DNA of 64,000 nt from the NCBI GenBank assembly GCA_951804945.1, contig OX638150.1, positions 33,356,001 through 33,420,000 on the forward strand. The letters run 5' to 3'. The position numbers were made by a program, and so were the translations under genes. The notes under the pieces were generated by a model. That model did no database searches and was not told the DNA's origin. It saw nothing but the letters and a program-made list of their open reading frames with translations. Shown in pieces: positions 1 to 10,324 of this stretch; the first letter of the stretch is position 1, and every line of letters starts with the position of its first letter. Source of the DNA: Podarcis cretensis. Taxonomy: Eukaryota.

Positions 1-240
1 TAGGATACAAATAAGCAGGAAAGTAATGAGCCCTGGTCAATTGTTTATGCAGCGCTGCCTCCTCTTATGGCTACGATGGGGAATCGCTTTGCAGGTGTTC
101 CTGGACTCCAACTCCCATCATTCCTGTGACCACAGGCAATTGCTGGCTTGGGACTGATGGGAGTTGGAGTCCAACAACATCAGGAGAGCCACACATCCCT
201 GAGCTACTCAGATAGCTTGACAGGAAGATCTTAGACTAAC

Positions 241-442
241 CTGGAGTAGGGAATTTGGGAGACTCCGAGAATCCACCATATTCTTCATCATAAGACTCTG
301 ACAGCTGCTGGAAGCACCTGCTCATCACCTCCTTTGAAGATGGGGGTGCTTCCTCCCCGCGAGCACCAACATCAGTCCTGGCTAACAGCGCAGACAGGAT
401 TTTCTGGCTGTTTTCCATAAGGCTAGTTTTATTCCGCTTCCA
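241..442 (-). CDS. SPATA20: SPATA20 coding exon 6 (WKRNKTSLMENSQKIL...YDEEYGGFSESPKFPTP)
   Basis: Translation matches the SPATA20/YyaL motif YDEEYGGFxxxPKFPTP. AG acceptor at 444-443, GT donor at 240-239; 202 bp, phase 0 to 1. The gene continues beyond position 1. Confidence 0.93.
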
Positions 443-1074
443 CTGGGGAGGTAGGCAAAAGGAAAAAGTCAAGTCATCATTTTGCTAGTATTCACTCACA
501 CCTTTTGCCTCACACAACGACCTATCTCGTCCCCCCCAAAAAAGTGCCAATCATTTCCCACCCGCCATTTTAAAGGAGTTTTCAAATATCAAAAGCAGTG
601 TGGCTTGGTATAACTCAGTACAGTGGCAGAAGGGCTGTTTCTCTTCTCTAGGAGTCCACATTTTCCCACTCGCGTGAACAAGGCCCTGAATGGTTCTCAG
701 GTATTACAGTTGCCACTGCCACACGACGGAAGCATCACAGAACAGGCCCCAAAATGTCTGCTTATACACTTTTAGCCACAAAAACGTTTGCCAACGTATT
801 GTTCATTAAAACTAGGTTCCCAGATGCTTCCATCAGGCACACACTAGACTGTAAACGAGAAAAACATTGTTAATGCCCAATTGTAATTACCCCATAGCAA
901 ATTCTATCCATGTTGGTCAAATGTGACATTAACCAATTCCTATTAACCAAGTTCTCTCTCCCTAATTCATCTTGCCCTGAATACTCGCCCCCAAGTGACA
1001 AAATCAGTTCACATCCCCTGCTCTAAAAAGCCTTTAGACGAAAAGTTCAGTCCCAGCCAGAAGTGGATGATATG

Positions 1075-1329
1075 AAGAGAAGAAGAAGAGGAGTTTGGAT
1101 TTGATATCCCGCTTTATCACTACCCAAAGGAGTCTCAAAGCGGCTAACATTCTCCTTTCCCTTCCTCCCCACAACAAACACTCTGTGAGGTAAGTGAGGC
1201 TGAGAGACTTCAAAGAAGTGTGACTAGCCCAAGGTCACCCAGCAGCTGCATGTGGAGGAGCGGGGAAGCGAACCCGGTTCACCAGATTACGAGTCTACCG
1301 CTCTTAACCACTACACCACACTAGCTCTC
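1075..1329 (-). mobile_element. tRNA-derived SINE, Squam3-like
   Basis: Reverse complement starts GAGAGCTAGTGTGGTGTAGTGGTTAAGAG (A box), has a B box and a (TTC)n tail; near-identical to 45812-46056. Confidence 0.85.
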
Positions 1330-1540
1330 ATGTTTGGGGCACTGCCACTCTCCTGACACCACTGCAGCTTACCTGAGTGGGACTTGGGCAAGGCAGGGGC
1401 AAGGACGGGGTTGCACAGATGCACGGGGGGTGGGGTGTCTGATTGGGCTCTGCTGGTGTCACCCTGAACCGATGAAGCACAGTGGTGCCAGCATCAGGAG
1501 GACAGCTCTGGGGCTTTGCCCCAGCACACAAGCCACTATG

Positions 1541-2522
1541 AGTCAGGGACTGGACAGAGGAGGAGTGGTGAAGACCGCCTCCCCAAGCTGAACCTACCAG
1601 AGAAGAGGAAGACAGTATAGATTTACAACAGTGGTTTTCCGGAGGTCATAGCTCAGAGGCAGATGAAGTATAGATTTACAACAGTGGTTTTCCAGAGGTC
1701 ATAGCTCAGAGGCAGATGAAGAGCAAAGTTGGGAAATAATGGGAGAGGAGGAGGCAGAGCCGGAGCAGCTGGCTGACACGTTATCACTAGAAAGCATTCC
1801 ATACCCGCCCCCCTTCTCCCAGAACCCAGTGGGCATTGAAAGTAGGAGAGCAAATTAGCCCAGAAATGGAAGCAAGAAGAAATTCTGACGAAAGAAGAAT
1901 GGCAGACAAAATTAATGGACTACACAGAATTAGACAAAATGACAGGAAGGATTTGAAACCTGCAGGACCAGAGATTTACAGAAGATTGGAAGAAATATAC
2001 GAACTATTTGAAAAGCAACTGTAATCAATAAATTACGCTAGTAGGACTACAAGAAGTTTTGTAAGGAGAAGTATATGAAATATTGCAAAGTAGGGAAAGA
2101 ATAGAGATATTAGTTACGAGATTTAAAGGTAATAGTGAATGTGAGAAAATTTTCAGACATGATTGATGGAAGTCAAAAAAATTGTATAAGATGTAAAAGT
2201 ATGTTTAATTACTGTTGAAAATGATATGTTAAAAAAAGTAAAAGAAATATATATATATATATATGAAAGTAGGAGAGCAAAGGGCTTGGAGACAAATGAC
2301 CCTAAGCGGCCACTGTAAGGTGGGTTGTGCTGTTGACGACTGAGGAAGTGGAGAGAACGGGGAGGTGGAGATTTACTCAGAGCAACACCCATTACTCCAA
2401 GAGGCTGCATTTCTAAGCCTCTCTCTGTGAATATTGAATAAAAGATATTGGTAAGAACTTTTCCTGTCTTATCTATTCCCAGCAGCCTACCATGGGAGGA
2501 TCGGATTCCCTGATGCCTGACA
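1541..2522 (+). mobile_element. Solo LTR (Gypsy-type) interrupted by an L1 3' fragment
   Basis: 5-bp TSD CTATG (1536-1540 and 2523-2527); termini (t>a)GTCAGG...CCTGACA; AATAAA near 2437; internal 53-bp tandem duplication at 1614-1719. Confidence 0.8.
1855..2264 (+). mobile_element. 5'-truncated L1 LINE (ORF2 C-terminus, 3' UTR, A/AT tail)
   Basis: Translates LAQKWKQEEILTKEEWQTKLMDY..., typical of non-mammalian L1 ORF2 ends; 17-bp TSD GAAAGTAGGAGAGCAAA (1838-1854 and 2265-2281). Confidence 0.85.
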
Positions 2523-2611
2523 CTATGGGAACGAGTACAGTGTGGTCCCCGGTGTACTGCTCCAGTGATGACCTCAACCTATGCCATGACCTAGGATGCC
2601 GGACTCCATAC

Positions 2612-2755
2612 CTGCTCTAGGATGCGAAGCAGAACGGTCCGAAAGCCAACCTGGTAAATTCCATCCTCGGGAGGGAAATAGGTCCCGCCTACAAATGGTT
2701 TGAGATCAGGTGTTAGCCACACACTCATGGGCCAACCTCCACCACTGCTGGTTGC
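2612..2755 (-). CDS. SPATA20: SPATA20 coding exon 5 ([32 protein letters not shown]...RILEQ)
   Basis: GGWP..V.LTP.L.PF.GGTYFPP motif of the thioredoxin-like domain; ctgcag acceptor, gtatgg donor; 144 bp, phase 0. Confidence 0.94.
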
Positions 2756-2846
2756 CTGCAGGAGGAAAAAAAAAAGATATGACTCCCTTCAACAGTCTAG
2801 GAGCAACAGTCGTTTTCCATTTGCTATACTCGTTCCTGCTCCCCAC

Positions 2847-3001
2847 CTGCACAAAGGCCATGTAGACTTTATCAACATCCGGCCGCTCCTCCCGATCCAC
2901 CTTGATGCACACAAAGTTGTCGTTCAGGATCTGGCCAATTTCTTCATTCTGGAAGGATTCCTGCTCCATCACGTGGCACCAATGGCAGGTCGAGTAGCCA
3001 A
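2847..3001 (-). CDS. SPATA20: SPATA20 coding exon 4 ([16 protein letters not shown]...[20 protein letters not shown])
   Basis: CHWC thioredoxin-like CxxC motif and KVDREERPD motif; ttttcag acceptor, gtgggg donor; 155 bp. Confidence 0.95.
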
Positions 3002-4916
3002 CTGAAAACAAACGCCGGCGGTTTAAGAAAGGCTCGCCGAAGGAGAAGGCCCTGCTGTACCCAGGGAGGGGTGGGGGCCAAGAAAAGTCAAAACAGAAGA
3101 GTATATAATTCAAGCAACTCAGCAGGCTAGGACAAGGAGTTGGCTTTAAGAAAGAGCTAGCCAACCTTGGTGTACTACAACTCCCATCATCCCCATCAAC
3201 AGACTTGCTGACTGGGGCAGAAGAGAGTTGTAGTATGACCTCGTCTGAAGGACACCACACTGGTAGTGCCTGCTTTAGCAAAAAGCACACAGGTTTTGCT
3301 ATCCAAACACAATGCATTCTCAATAAATTGATTGTTAGGCGAGCATCTGTCTAACGAATGGATGATTTCCATTTATTCCTAAGGGGAAATTTCTAATGCA
3401 TTGTGAGCCACAGAATTTTGACCCCAAAATGAGGAGAAAACCTCTGAAAGCTTGCAAAAGGCAATTATGGAAGGGGAAAATGCTCCCTTATTTTGTCTGA
3501 TCTCTCCCCCTTCCTTCCCAACCATAGTTTCTGGCAAAACAGCTGCCATGTACCAGCAAAACCCAAAAGGTAATGTTTATTTAAGGCTGCTTAATTGCAC
3601 GCACTGCACGTACTACACGCACTTCCAGCTGTTTGGATATCTGAATCTGCAGTGTGTGTAGCAAAGTTTGAGCACTAATTCCTCATGTTTGGATAAGTGA
3701 ATTTTCCTATAACAAGCATTTTGCTAGTGGGACCTGCATGTACAAACATGAGACCAAACGGAGAGCTGCCCTTTCATGGCTCAATGTTGGCTATAAACGA
3801 TGCAAGGCTTCTAAACCCCAGCAAAGTGACCTTTTGGAAGAACGTAACTAGAACACTTCTAGCCTGGGAAATAGAAGAACAAGCAACTGAGAATGTCTAA
3901 GCAGATGTTTCTATAGGAGACGTAGCCAATGTGGTGACCTCCAGATGTCGTTGAGCTATAATTCCCATTATTCCCAGTCAGCAGTGCCAATGGCAAGGGA
4001 TTATGGGAGTTATAGTCATAATACTTGGAAGGTTATCCCCATACTATAGTAAACTTCTATAAGTTAAGTTGCTTATAATGTAAATTCAAAAAGCAGGAGG
4101 AGGTCAAGGGAGGGAAAGAAATATTTTTAGATTCCACTCCTCTGCACACTTATTTTTGAGTAAACATGCATAGCCCTGTGCTGTTAGAATTGCTTAAAAG
4201 AAGAAATCCAAGACTCCCAGTATTACTCTAACATGTACCCAAGCTCCAAATCCCCATCTGCTTGAAACTCAAATTGGAGCAATTCCCAGATACCGGATCT
4301 GCTCCTCCACTAGTAAATTTATGAGCTTCACAAGGTAGGTAGGCTGAGTAGCTTATCCTCACAAGTATTTCCTGTGCTCTTCTTTTGCAGATGCAAACTA
4401 CAAGGCCAGGAAAAATACTGCCCCGCCTTCTCCCAGAAAGCAGCTCATTGAAAGCAAGGGAGCGCCCAGCAGATGAGGACCCAATTTGGACGATATTTAT
4501 TCCTCCAAGCGCAAACATTTGTTTCATGTTTCAAGCAGTTTTCAAGTAAGCATTGTCACTGCGCAGCAGCCGTCCTCTCAGGCTGCAGCAGATGGAGAGG
4601 AGGGAAGCAAGGCTATTTCATGGGCCCTGCTGAGAGACCAGCTGCCTTTGACTGTTCCTCAGCTGAAACCTAGCCATAGCCATTCTGCCAGGCTACCTGG
4701 GCAGCCTCCATGCCAGCTGGTTGCTACAAGAACTGTAACTATCAGAGCTGGTGCCAGAGTCTGCTTGTTTTCCCCTTCTCCCTCCCCATCCCTTTTTCTT
4801 TTCATGTCGTGTCTTTTAAGCTTGAAAGCAGGGGTTGTTTCCTCACTGTTGCTTTTTCATTTGTATGTAAGTCACTCGGGAGCGTTTTCAGCTGAAGAAT
4901 GGAATAAAATTAAAAT

Positions 4917-4948
4917 GAGGAGAAGGAGAAGGAGAAGGAGAAGGAGAC
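4917..4948. repeat. (GAAGGA)n microsatellite
   Basis: Read directly from the sequence. Confidence 0.85.
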
Positions 4949-5052
4949 ATTCTTCTCTATGCTTTTAAGAACTCACAGATATGTGCATGTGCTTTTTAAA
5001 GTCGTAAATGTGCATGTAGGGGTAGCATAAAACGAAGAAGTTCATTTGTTAC

Positions 5053-5117
5053 CAGATAGAAATATCAGCTTATCTTCTCTCTTTGCTTTATCAAAGGCTT
5101 CCTGACCCCAAGGATAC
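5053..5117 (-). CDS. SPATA20: SPATA20 coding exon 3 (YPWGQEAFDKAKREDKLIFLS)
   Basis: Manual translation; ccctcag acceptor, gtaac donor; 65 bp, phases fit both neighbouring exons. Confidence 0.93.
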
Positions 5118-5322
5118 CTGAGGGGAAGAGAAAGAGGAAAAATATGCCAGGATTTATGTTTATAATCACTCAAATCAATATGCCTATATTTCATGCAAGC
5201 AGTTGATATTAAGCAGTTCATTGATTAAACCCTGATCCTTCCCATTACACACAAGGCCTTTTCAGTTGCCACTATGTCTATAGATGATGTGTTTGCTACA
5301 CTGCTATTACCACACCCCAGAA

Positions 5323-5712
5323 GGGACGCAGGTGGCGCTGTGGTCTAAACCACTGAGCCTCTTGGGCTTGCTGATTGGAAGGTTAGCGGTTCAAATCCCT
5401 GTGACGGGGTGAGCTCCTGTTGCTCTGTCCTAGCTTCTGCCAACCTAGCAGTTTGAAAGCACACCAGTACAAGTAGATAAATAGGTACTGCTGCGGCGAG
5501 AAAGTAAACAGTGTTTCCATGTGCTCTGGTTTCCATCACGGTGCTCCGTTGCACCAGAAGCAATTTAGTCATGCTGGCCACATGACCTGGAAAACTTTCT
5601 GCGGACCAACACCGGCTCACTCGGCCTGAAAAGCGAGATGAGCACCGCAACCCCACAGTCACCTTTGACTGGACTTAGCTGTCCGGGGGTCTTTTACCTT
5701 TACCATTTACCT
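5323..5712 (+). mobile_element. Sauria SINE
   Basis: GGGACGCAGGTGGCGCTGTGG head, B box GGTTCAAATCC, (ACCTTT)-type tail. Confidence 0.9.
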
Positions 5713-5734
5713 ATAGACACACCCAGCTGTGGAG

Positions 5735-6627
5735 GCCAAAACACCTAGCTGATCTCCTAGCATGTTAGGGGGGGCTGTTACTGCTGAGGATCATTTGGCA
5801 GAAGACTAGCTATACTTACTTAGGATTGTTGGTTTTAAATCCCCATGGACCGCTAGAAATTAGATGTAGCTCCTGGGTGTTGAACAACTATAGGAAGCAT
5901 CTCACTTCTATTCTGCAAGCACTTTGGGGGGAATCATGTTGTACAACAGCAGATTTAGAGGCTCTAGTTCCATAGTCAAAACTGCAGAAGTATTGCAGAA
6001 CATGGGGCAGGTGTGGATGCTCACATCTCAACCAAGTTGGAACAAGCCTTCTGCCCACAAATCCCTTCTCACAAGGGCAGGAGCCATGAGGTTTCGTGAG
6101 CGGGCAAAAAGGCTTACTAAGCCATGTTTTAACAGTTTCAGTGCAGTCAGAGACGGAGCTTAAGCCTTGAAAAATAAAGCACAAACATGTTTCTGATCTT
6201 CAGTAGCATTGTAAGTTTGTGTACTCAGCTCAGGGTAGGAAGTCAGTGCCCAAAGCCAAACAAACGTCACATAACTCACTTATTAGTTGTGTATCCATTC
6301 GTTTCAGTTATGCCCTATAAGAAGATGTACTCAGCGTAGTGTACAGTAAGAGAGATCATCATATACATTTTTTTTTTAAGGACAATGGTAACCGGAACTC
6401 AAAATAGCAGCAGCAAGGACTGAGTCGCATAAAAGATCATTCAAACAATGGAAAAATCATACCAAGAAGAAGAAGAAGAAGAATTAAGTTTTCAAAAATC
6501 TGTTTAGGGGGTAGTAAGCATTGTCAAAACCAACAATCCTAAGTAAGTATAGCTAGTCTTCTGCCAAATGATCCTCAGCAGTAACAGCCCCCCCTAACAT
6601 GCTAGGAGATCAGCTAGGTGTTTTGGC
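5735..6627. repeat. Perfect 102-bp inverted repeat (arms 5735-5836 and 6526-6627, 689-bp spacer)
   Basis: Base-by-base reverse-complement identity of the arms, including the G7/C7 run; no TSD. Confidence 0.93.
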
Positions 6628-6909
6628 TCTACATTCCTAAGTTTTGTTTCAGTAGACTACAGAAAGTGTTAAGGAAGAAGCTTCCTGGAAACAGTCTGTT
6701 TAGGGGGAGACAGAAAGAGGTCATACAGCACCATGTAGAAGCAAAGGCGAAATGAGGTGGAGAATAGGAGGCTTGGGAGCAGTTGAGAGTGGGAAAGGAA
6801 GGCTCTATTTCCTGCAGAAAAGCATCCATGAAATTCCGAGTTTGTTTTTCCTAAAGTCCACCCAACATGCCTCCCTCCTCTCAGCCCATGAAAAGAAAGC
6901 ATCTCTTAC

Positions 6910-7047
6910 CAGTCAACAGGGTTATGGGCATGCTGAAGGAGGTAAGGAGACTTCTCGTAGATCAGACGGTTCGTGGGACGAGCAGTGCTAGACTGGCTGC
7001 CCTTCCCTCCCGTGGCCATGGCCAAGGCTGCTCTCAGTTGTATAGAT
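6910..7047 (-). CDS. SPATA20: SPATA20 coding exon 2 ([46 protein letters not shown])
   Basis: Signature [18 protein letters not shown]; ttgcag acceptor, gtaag donor; 138 bp, phase 2 to 2; in-frame gccATGg at 7019. Confidence 0.92.
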
Positions 7048-7503
7048 CTGCAACACCAAACACAGACAGAAGGCTATTAGCTAGGCTAATCCCCATAGCG
7101 CTAAGATCTGGATTAGCTCCAGTGCCAGGCCTGTCTGTGAGGCCGACACACCTCTCAATGAGATCAGCATCTGCACAGACTCGGGTCTGCATTATATTAG
7201 TAAACAATGTAGGCTTCTCTGTCTGAAGAAGCAAGCCTAGGACTGCGAGCAATGAAACTGAAGCCTGGGGCTATCCTCAGGGGCCTGCTGCCAATCCCAA
7301 GGTATACCATGCCTGTTGACTTCAGGCACAGAACCTCTCTTGGGGTGGAGCTCCCTCCTGGAGGAGGCCTATGGCAGCAAGTGTTGTTGTGGTTGTGAGG
7401 GAGCTGCGCCAAAGCTGAAAGAAAAGCGTCTCTCCTTGTCCAGTGATTCAGCTGCTGCACGACAGGGATTTTCTTATGTTAGGTTCACAATACCAGCTTT
7501 GGT

Positions 7504-7894
7504 AAAAGGGACGCGGGTAGTGCTGTGGTCTAAATCACTGAGCCTCTTGGGCTTGCCAATCGGAAGGTCGGCGGTTCAAATCCCTGTTATGGAGTGACCT
7601 CCCGTTGCTAAGTCCTAGCTTCTGCCAACCTAGCAGTTCGAAAGCACACCAGCGCAAGTAAGTAAATAGGTACTGCTGCGGCAGGAAGGTAAACGGCGTT
7701 TCCATGCGCTTTGGTTTCCATCACAGTGTTCCATTGCACCAGAAGTGGTTTAGTCATGCTGGCCACATGACCTAGAAAGCTGTCTGTGGACAAACGCCGG
7801 CTCTCTCAGCCTGAAAGCGAGATGAGAGCCGCAACCTCATAGTCATCTTTGACTGGACTTAACTGTCCAGGGGTCCTTTACCTTTTTTTTTTTT
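7504..7894 (+). mobile_element. Sauria SINE
   Basis: Full-length copy; 13-bp TSD TACCAGCTTTGGT (7491-7503 and 7895-7907). Confidence 0.92.
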
Positions 7895-9849
7895 TACCAG
7901 CTTTGGTTGATTGGAGCAAACTTTGGCTATAGCCCAAGACATGCAGAAGTCCTGGCACCTGCAGGTAGAGCTAAGAGTATCTCTTCCCTGAAGCCCTACT
8001 GAGCCACTGCCATGTGCCATTCACAGCCTTCAGTTATACCTCATCCATCCTCCCTCCCTCCCTCGCCTTTATTTACAAGACCTTCCACAAACACATCTCC
8101 TCTTTATTGCTCCCAAGCTTTCCGCCAATGTATACATTTTCTCCAAATTATTATCTCTGTCGTATGTTACTATAATGCACTCGCAATAGGCCACATGCTC
8201 ATAATTCCTTGGCCCAGGAATGTCTTGATTCTAAAGTATTCATTATCACTTACACTGTGTTTAAAAGCATTGTGCAGAGATTAAAAGGTAAGACTATTCC
8301 TGTCCACAGGCTCACAGTCTAATAGGCACAGTACAAAAGGAAAAGGGAATGGAGAGGGATGAAGACAGCAAAGCAAATTCAGGTGCCAGTTCCTGAAGCT
8401 ACAGTTGAGATCTAAAGGAGAGTTCTAAGAGCAAACAGCCCCACAGGAAATTGAAGGTACACAACCAAACTGGACTACGACATCAAGCTGTCTCCTCTTT
8501 AAAGCTGCCACACATCTCTCATATTCAGATATCCGTTATTTCTAAAGCAGCACAGCTTCACTTAATGTAAATAGATCTCACATTTCAGAACAATCATAGT
8601 TCTGTTAAACACGGATAAGTAGAAAACGCCTTGCAGACTCCCTACTGTTGCTTCTATTTAAAATTTGATCGGGAAGCCTCTCTCGTCTCTTCCTTAAAGT
8701 CACTTGGTTACCCTTGCCATCACAAGGAAACCACACCAGAGATGCGGATTTTCAAAATATTGTTGACTCCACCCACATTCCGGAAACGTGATTTGTGTCT
8801 AACCAATCAGGATTCACTTTTCCTGCAGAGGGTGGAGCAAGCGCAGTCTTGGAAAAGCTTCAGTTCAGCTCCTTTGAAAGGAATGAAGCAAATACAGCGA
8901 CAGTTTTAAAGTATTTCGGGAGACTCAACACTACATTATATATCTCATAGGATGTATCTTAAGGCTATATGTGTCATGTTTTAGGTCTAAACCTCAGGTG
9001 TTTTACATGTATACACCTTTTTAAAAAGGACCTTGTGCACTTAACAAACAGGTGTCTTCATCTGAATGTATGGTTAGGGATACACCTGCATCACAGACTA
9101 TACTGTATTAAGTTACATATTATTTTGCAAAATGGGTGTGGAATATATTCATGCATACTGTTAATTCTTTATAGTATTTCTGTCTTTAATGTAATCGATA
9201 AAATTTGTACGAATGAGAGAAGAATGGGTGAATCTTGGGAAAGGTAGCTCTGCAAAATTACCAAAGTCAGGAAAAGCAAGTTCCATTGACTGGTAGCTAT
9301 AAACAGGACTTTGATTTAGGCAAATCATCAGATTAAAATTGGGAGATGAAACTGCATGTTCCTGCACAGTTGCGTCCATTTGCCTAGATCCTAAAGGCCC
9401 CATGGATGACAGAGACCATGACCTTTGAGTTACATAACCAAAAAAGGCCTTGCAATTCTGAGGTCAAGAGGGAGGGGTGTGTGAAAGATGATACAAAGAT
9501 CTTGGAATCCTGAAAAATTTCCAAGTCAGCTTTGCGGTCCCGAAAATATCTCCAATCAAGGCTGTGCCACATAATGAAGAGGTTGAGCTGAAGGTATTAA
9601 AAAACGGTGGAAACTAGCCATCTTAGGGTGAAACCTCTGCAGTACTCCACTCTCTCCAAGTGATTAAGCTGGCCACTTAGGGAGAGCAACAGTCTCTAGT
9701 AACTATATTCCTTCAGAACATGTGTAAATGTGTCATAGGAAGGAGTGCAGTGGATGTATAGCACAAGATCCAAGTGTCATATTGCAGGCACTCTAAGCGA
9801 TAGGTAGGTGTGGCTAGAGATCTGGGAGCAGCAGGAACTGTAAACACAA

Positions 9850-10198
9850 TGTTGTGTATTGAGTCAAAGGATTTTATATCTGTATTATTATTGTCTGTAA
9901 TTGCATTAGGGTAAAGTAACTGCCTTTTGGTTCCAGAGGGTACAGCTACTATTGGTTCATTTAAGCTGCTATATTTGGATCCTCTGTCTTATTGGTTGCC
10001 TCCAAAAGGCAGGACTGTGATTGCCTGTTATTGTTCCCTCCAAAATGTATCCCTTCTAGCTAGTTCCCTGTCCCTATAAATGTAGCTCTCCCCTCCTCAG
10101 GTCTTAGTTTTGTTGCTTTAATAAAGAAGTGTTACTAGAGAACTGTCTCCAGCATATTATGTCAAGAGAGCTGAAATCACAAACCCCACGTCACAACA
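9850..10198 (+). repeat. 5' LTR of the Gypsy element
   Basis: TGTTGTG...CACAACA termini; reverse CCAAT boxes (9951, 9991), TATAAA at 10075-10080, AATAAA at 10120-10125; 347/349 identical to the 3' LTR. Confidence 0.97.
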
Positions 10199-10200
10199 AC

Positions 10201-10218
10201 TGGCGACGAGGATGGGAT
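10201..10218 (+). other. Primer binding site complementary to the tRNA-Ser(GCT) 3' end
   Basis: TGGCGACGAGGATGGGAT is the reverse complement of ...ATCCCATCCTCGTCGCCA, the vertebrate tRNA-Ser GCU 3' end; it starts 2 nt after the LTR. Confidence 0.88.
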
Positions 10219-10324
10219 CCGGAATGCTGAGGAGCGGTTAAACGCAGCCCTGCCTCAGAGTCCGGATTGTAGCTAAGAACAAGACTCACTGGCCAGCTGA
10301 GAAGACGACCCTGCCCACAGGACA

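Noticed and set aside
4486-4968. 160-aa ORF with a poly-Arg tail
   Set aside because: The poly-Arg comes from a (GAAGGA)n microsatellite; the ORF is antisense within a SPATA20 intron.
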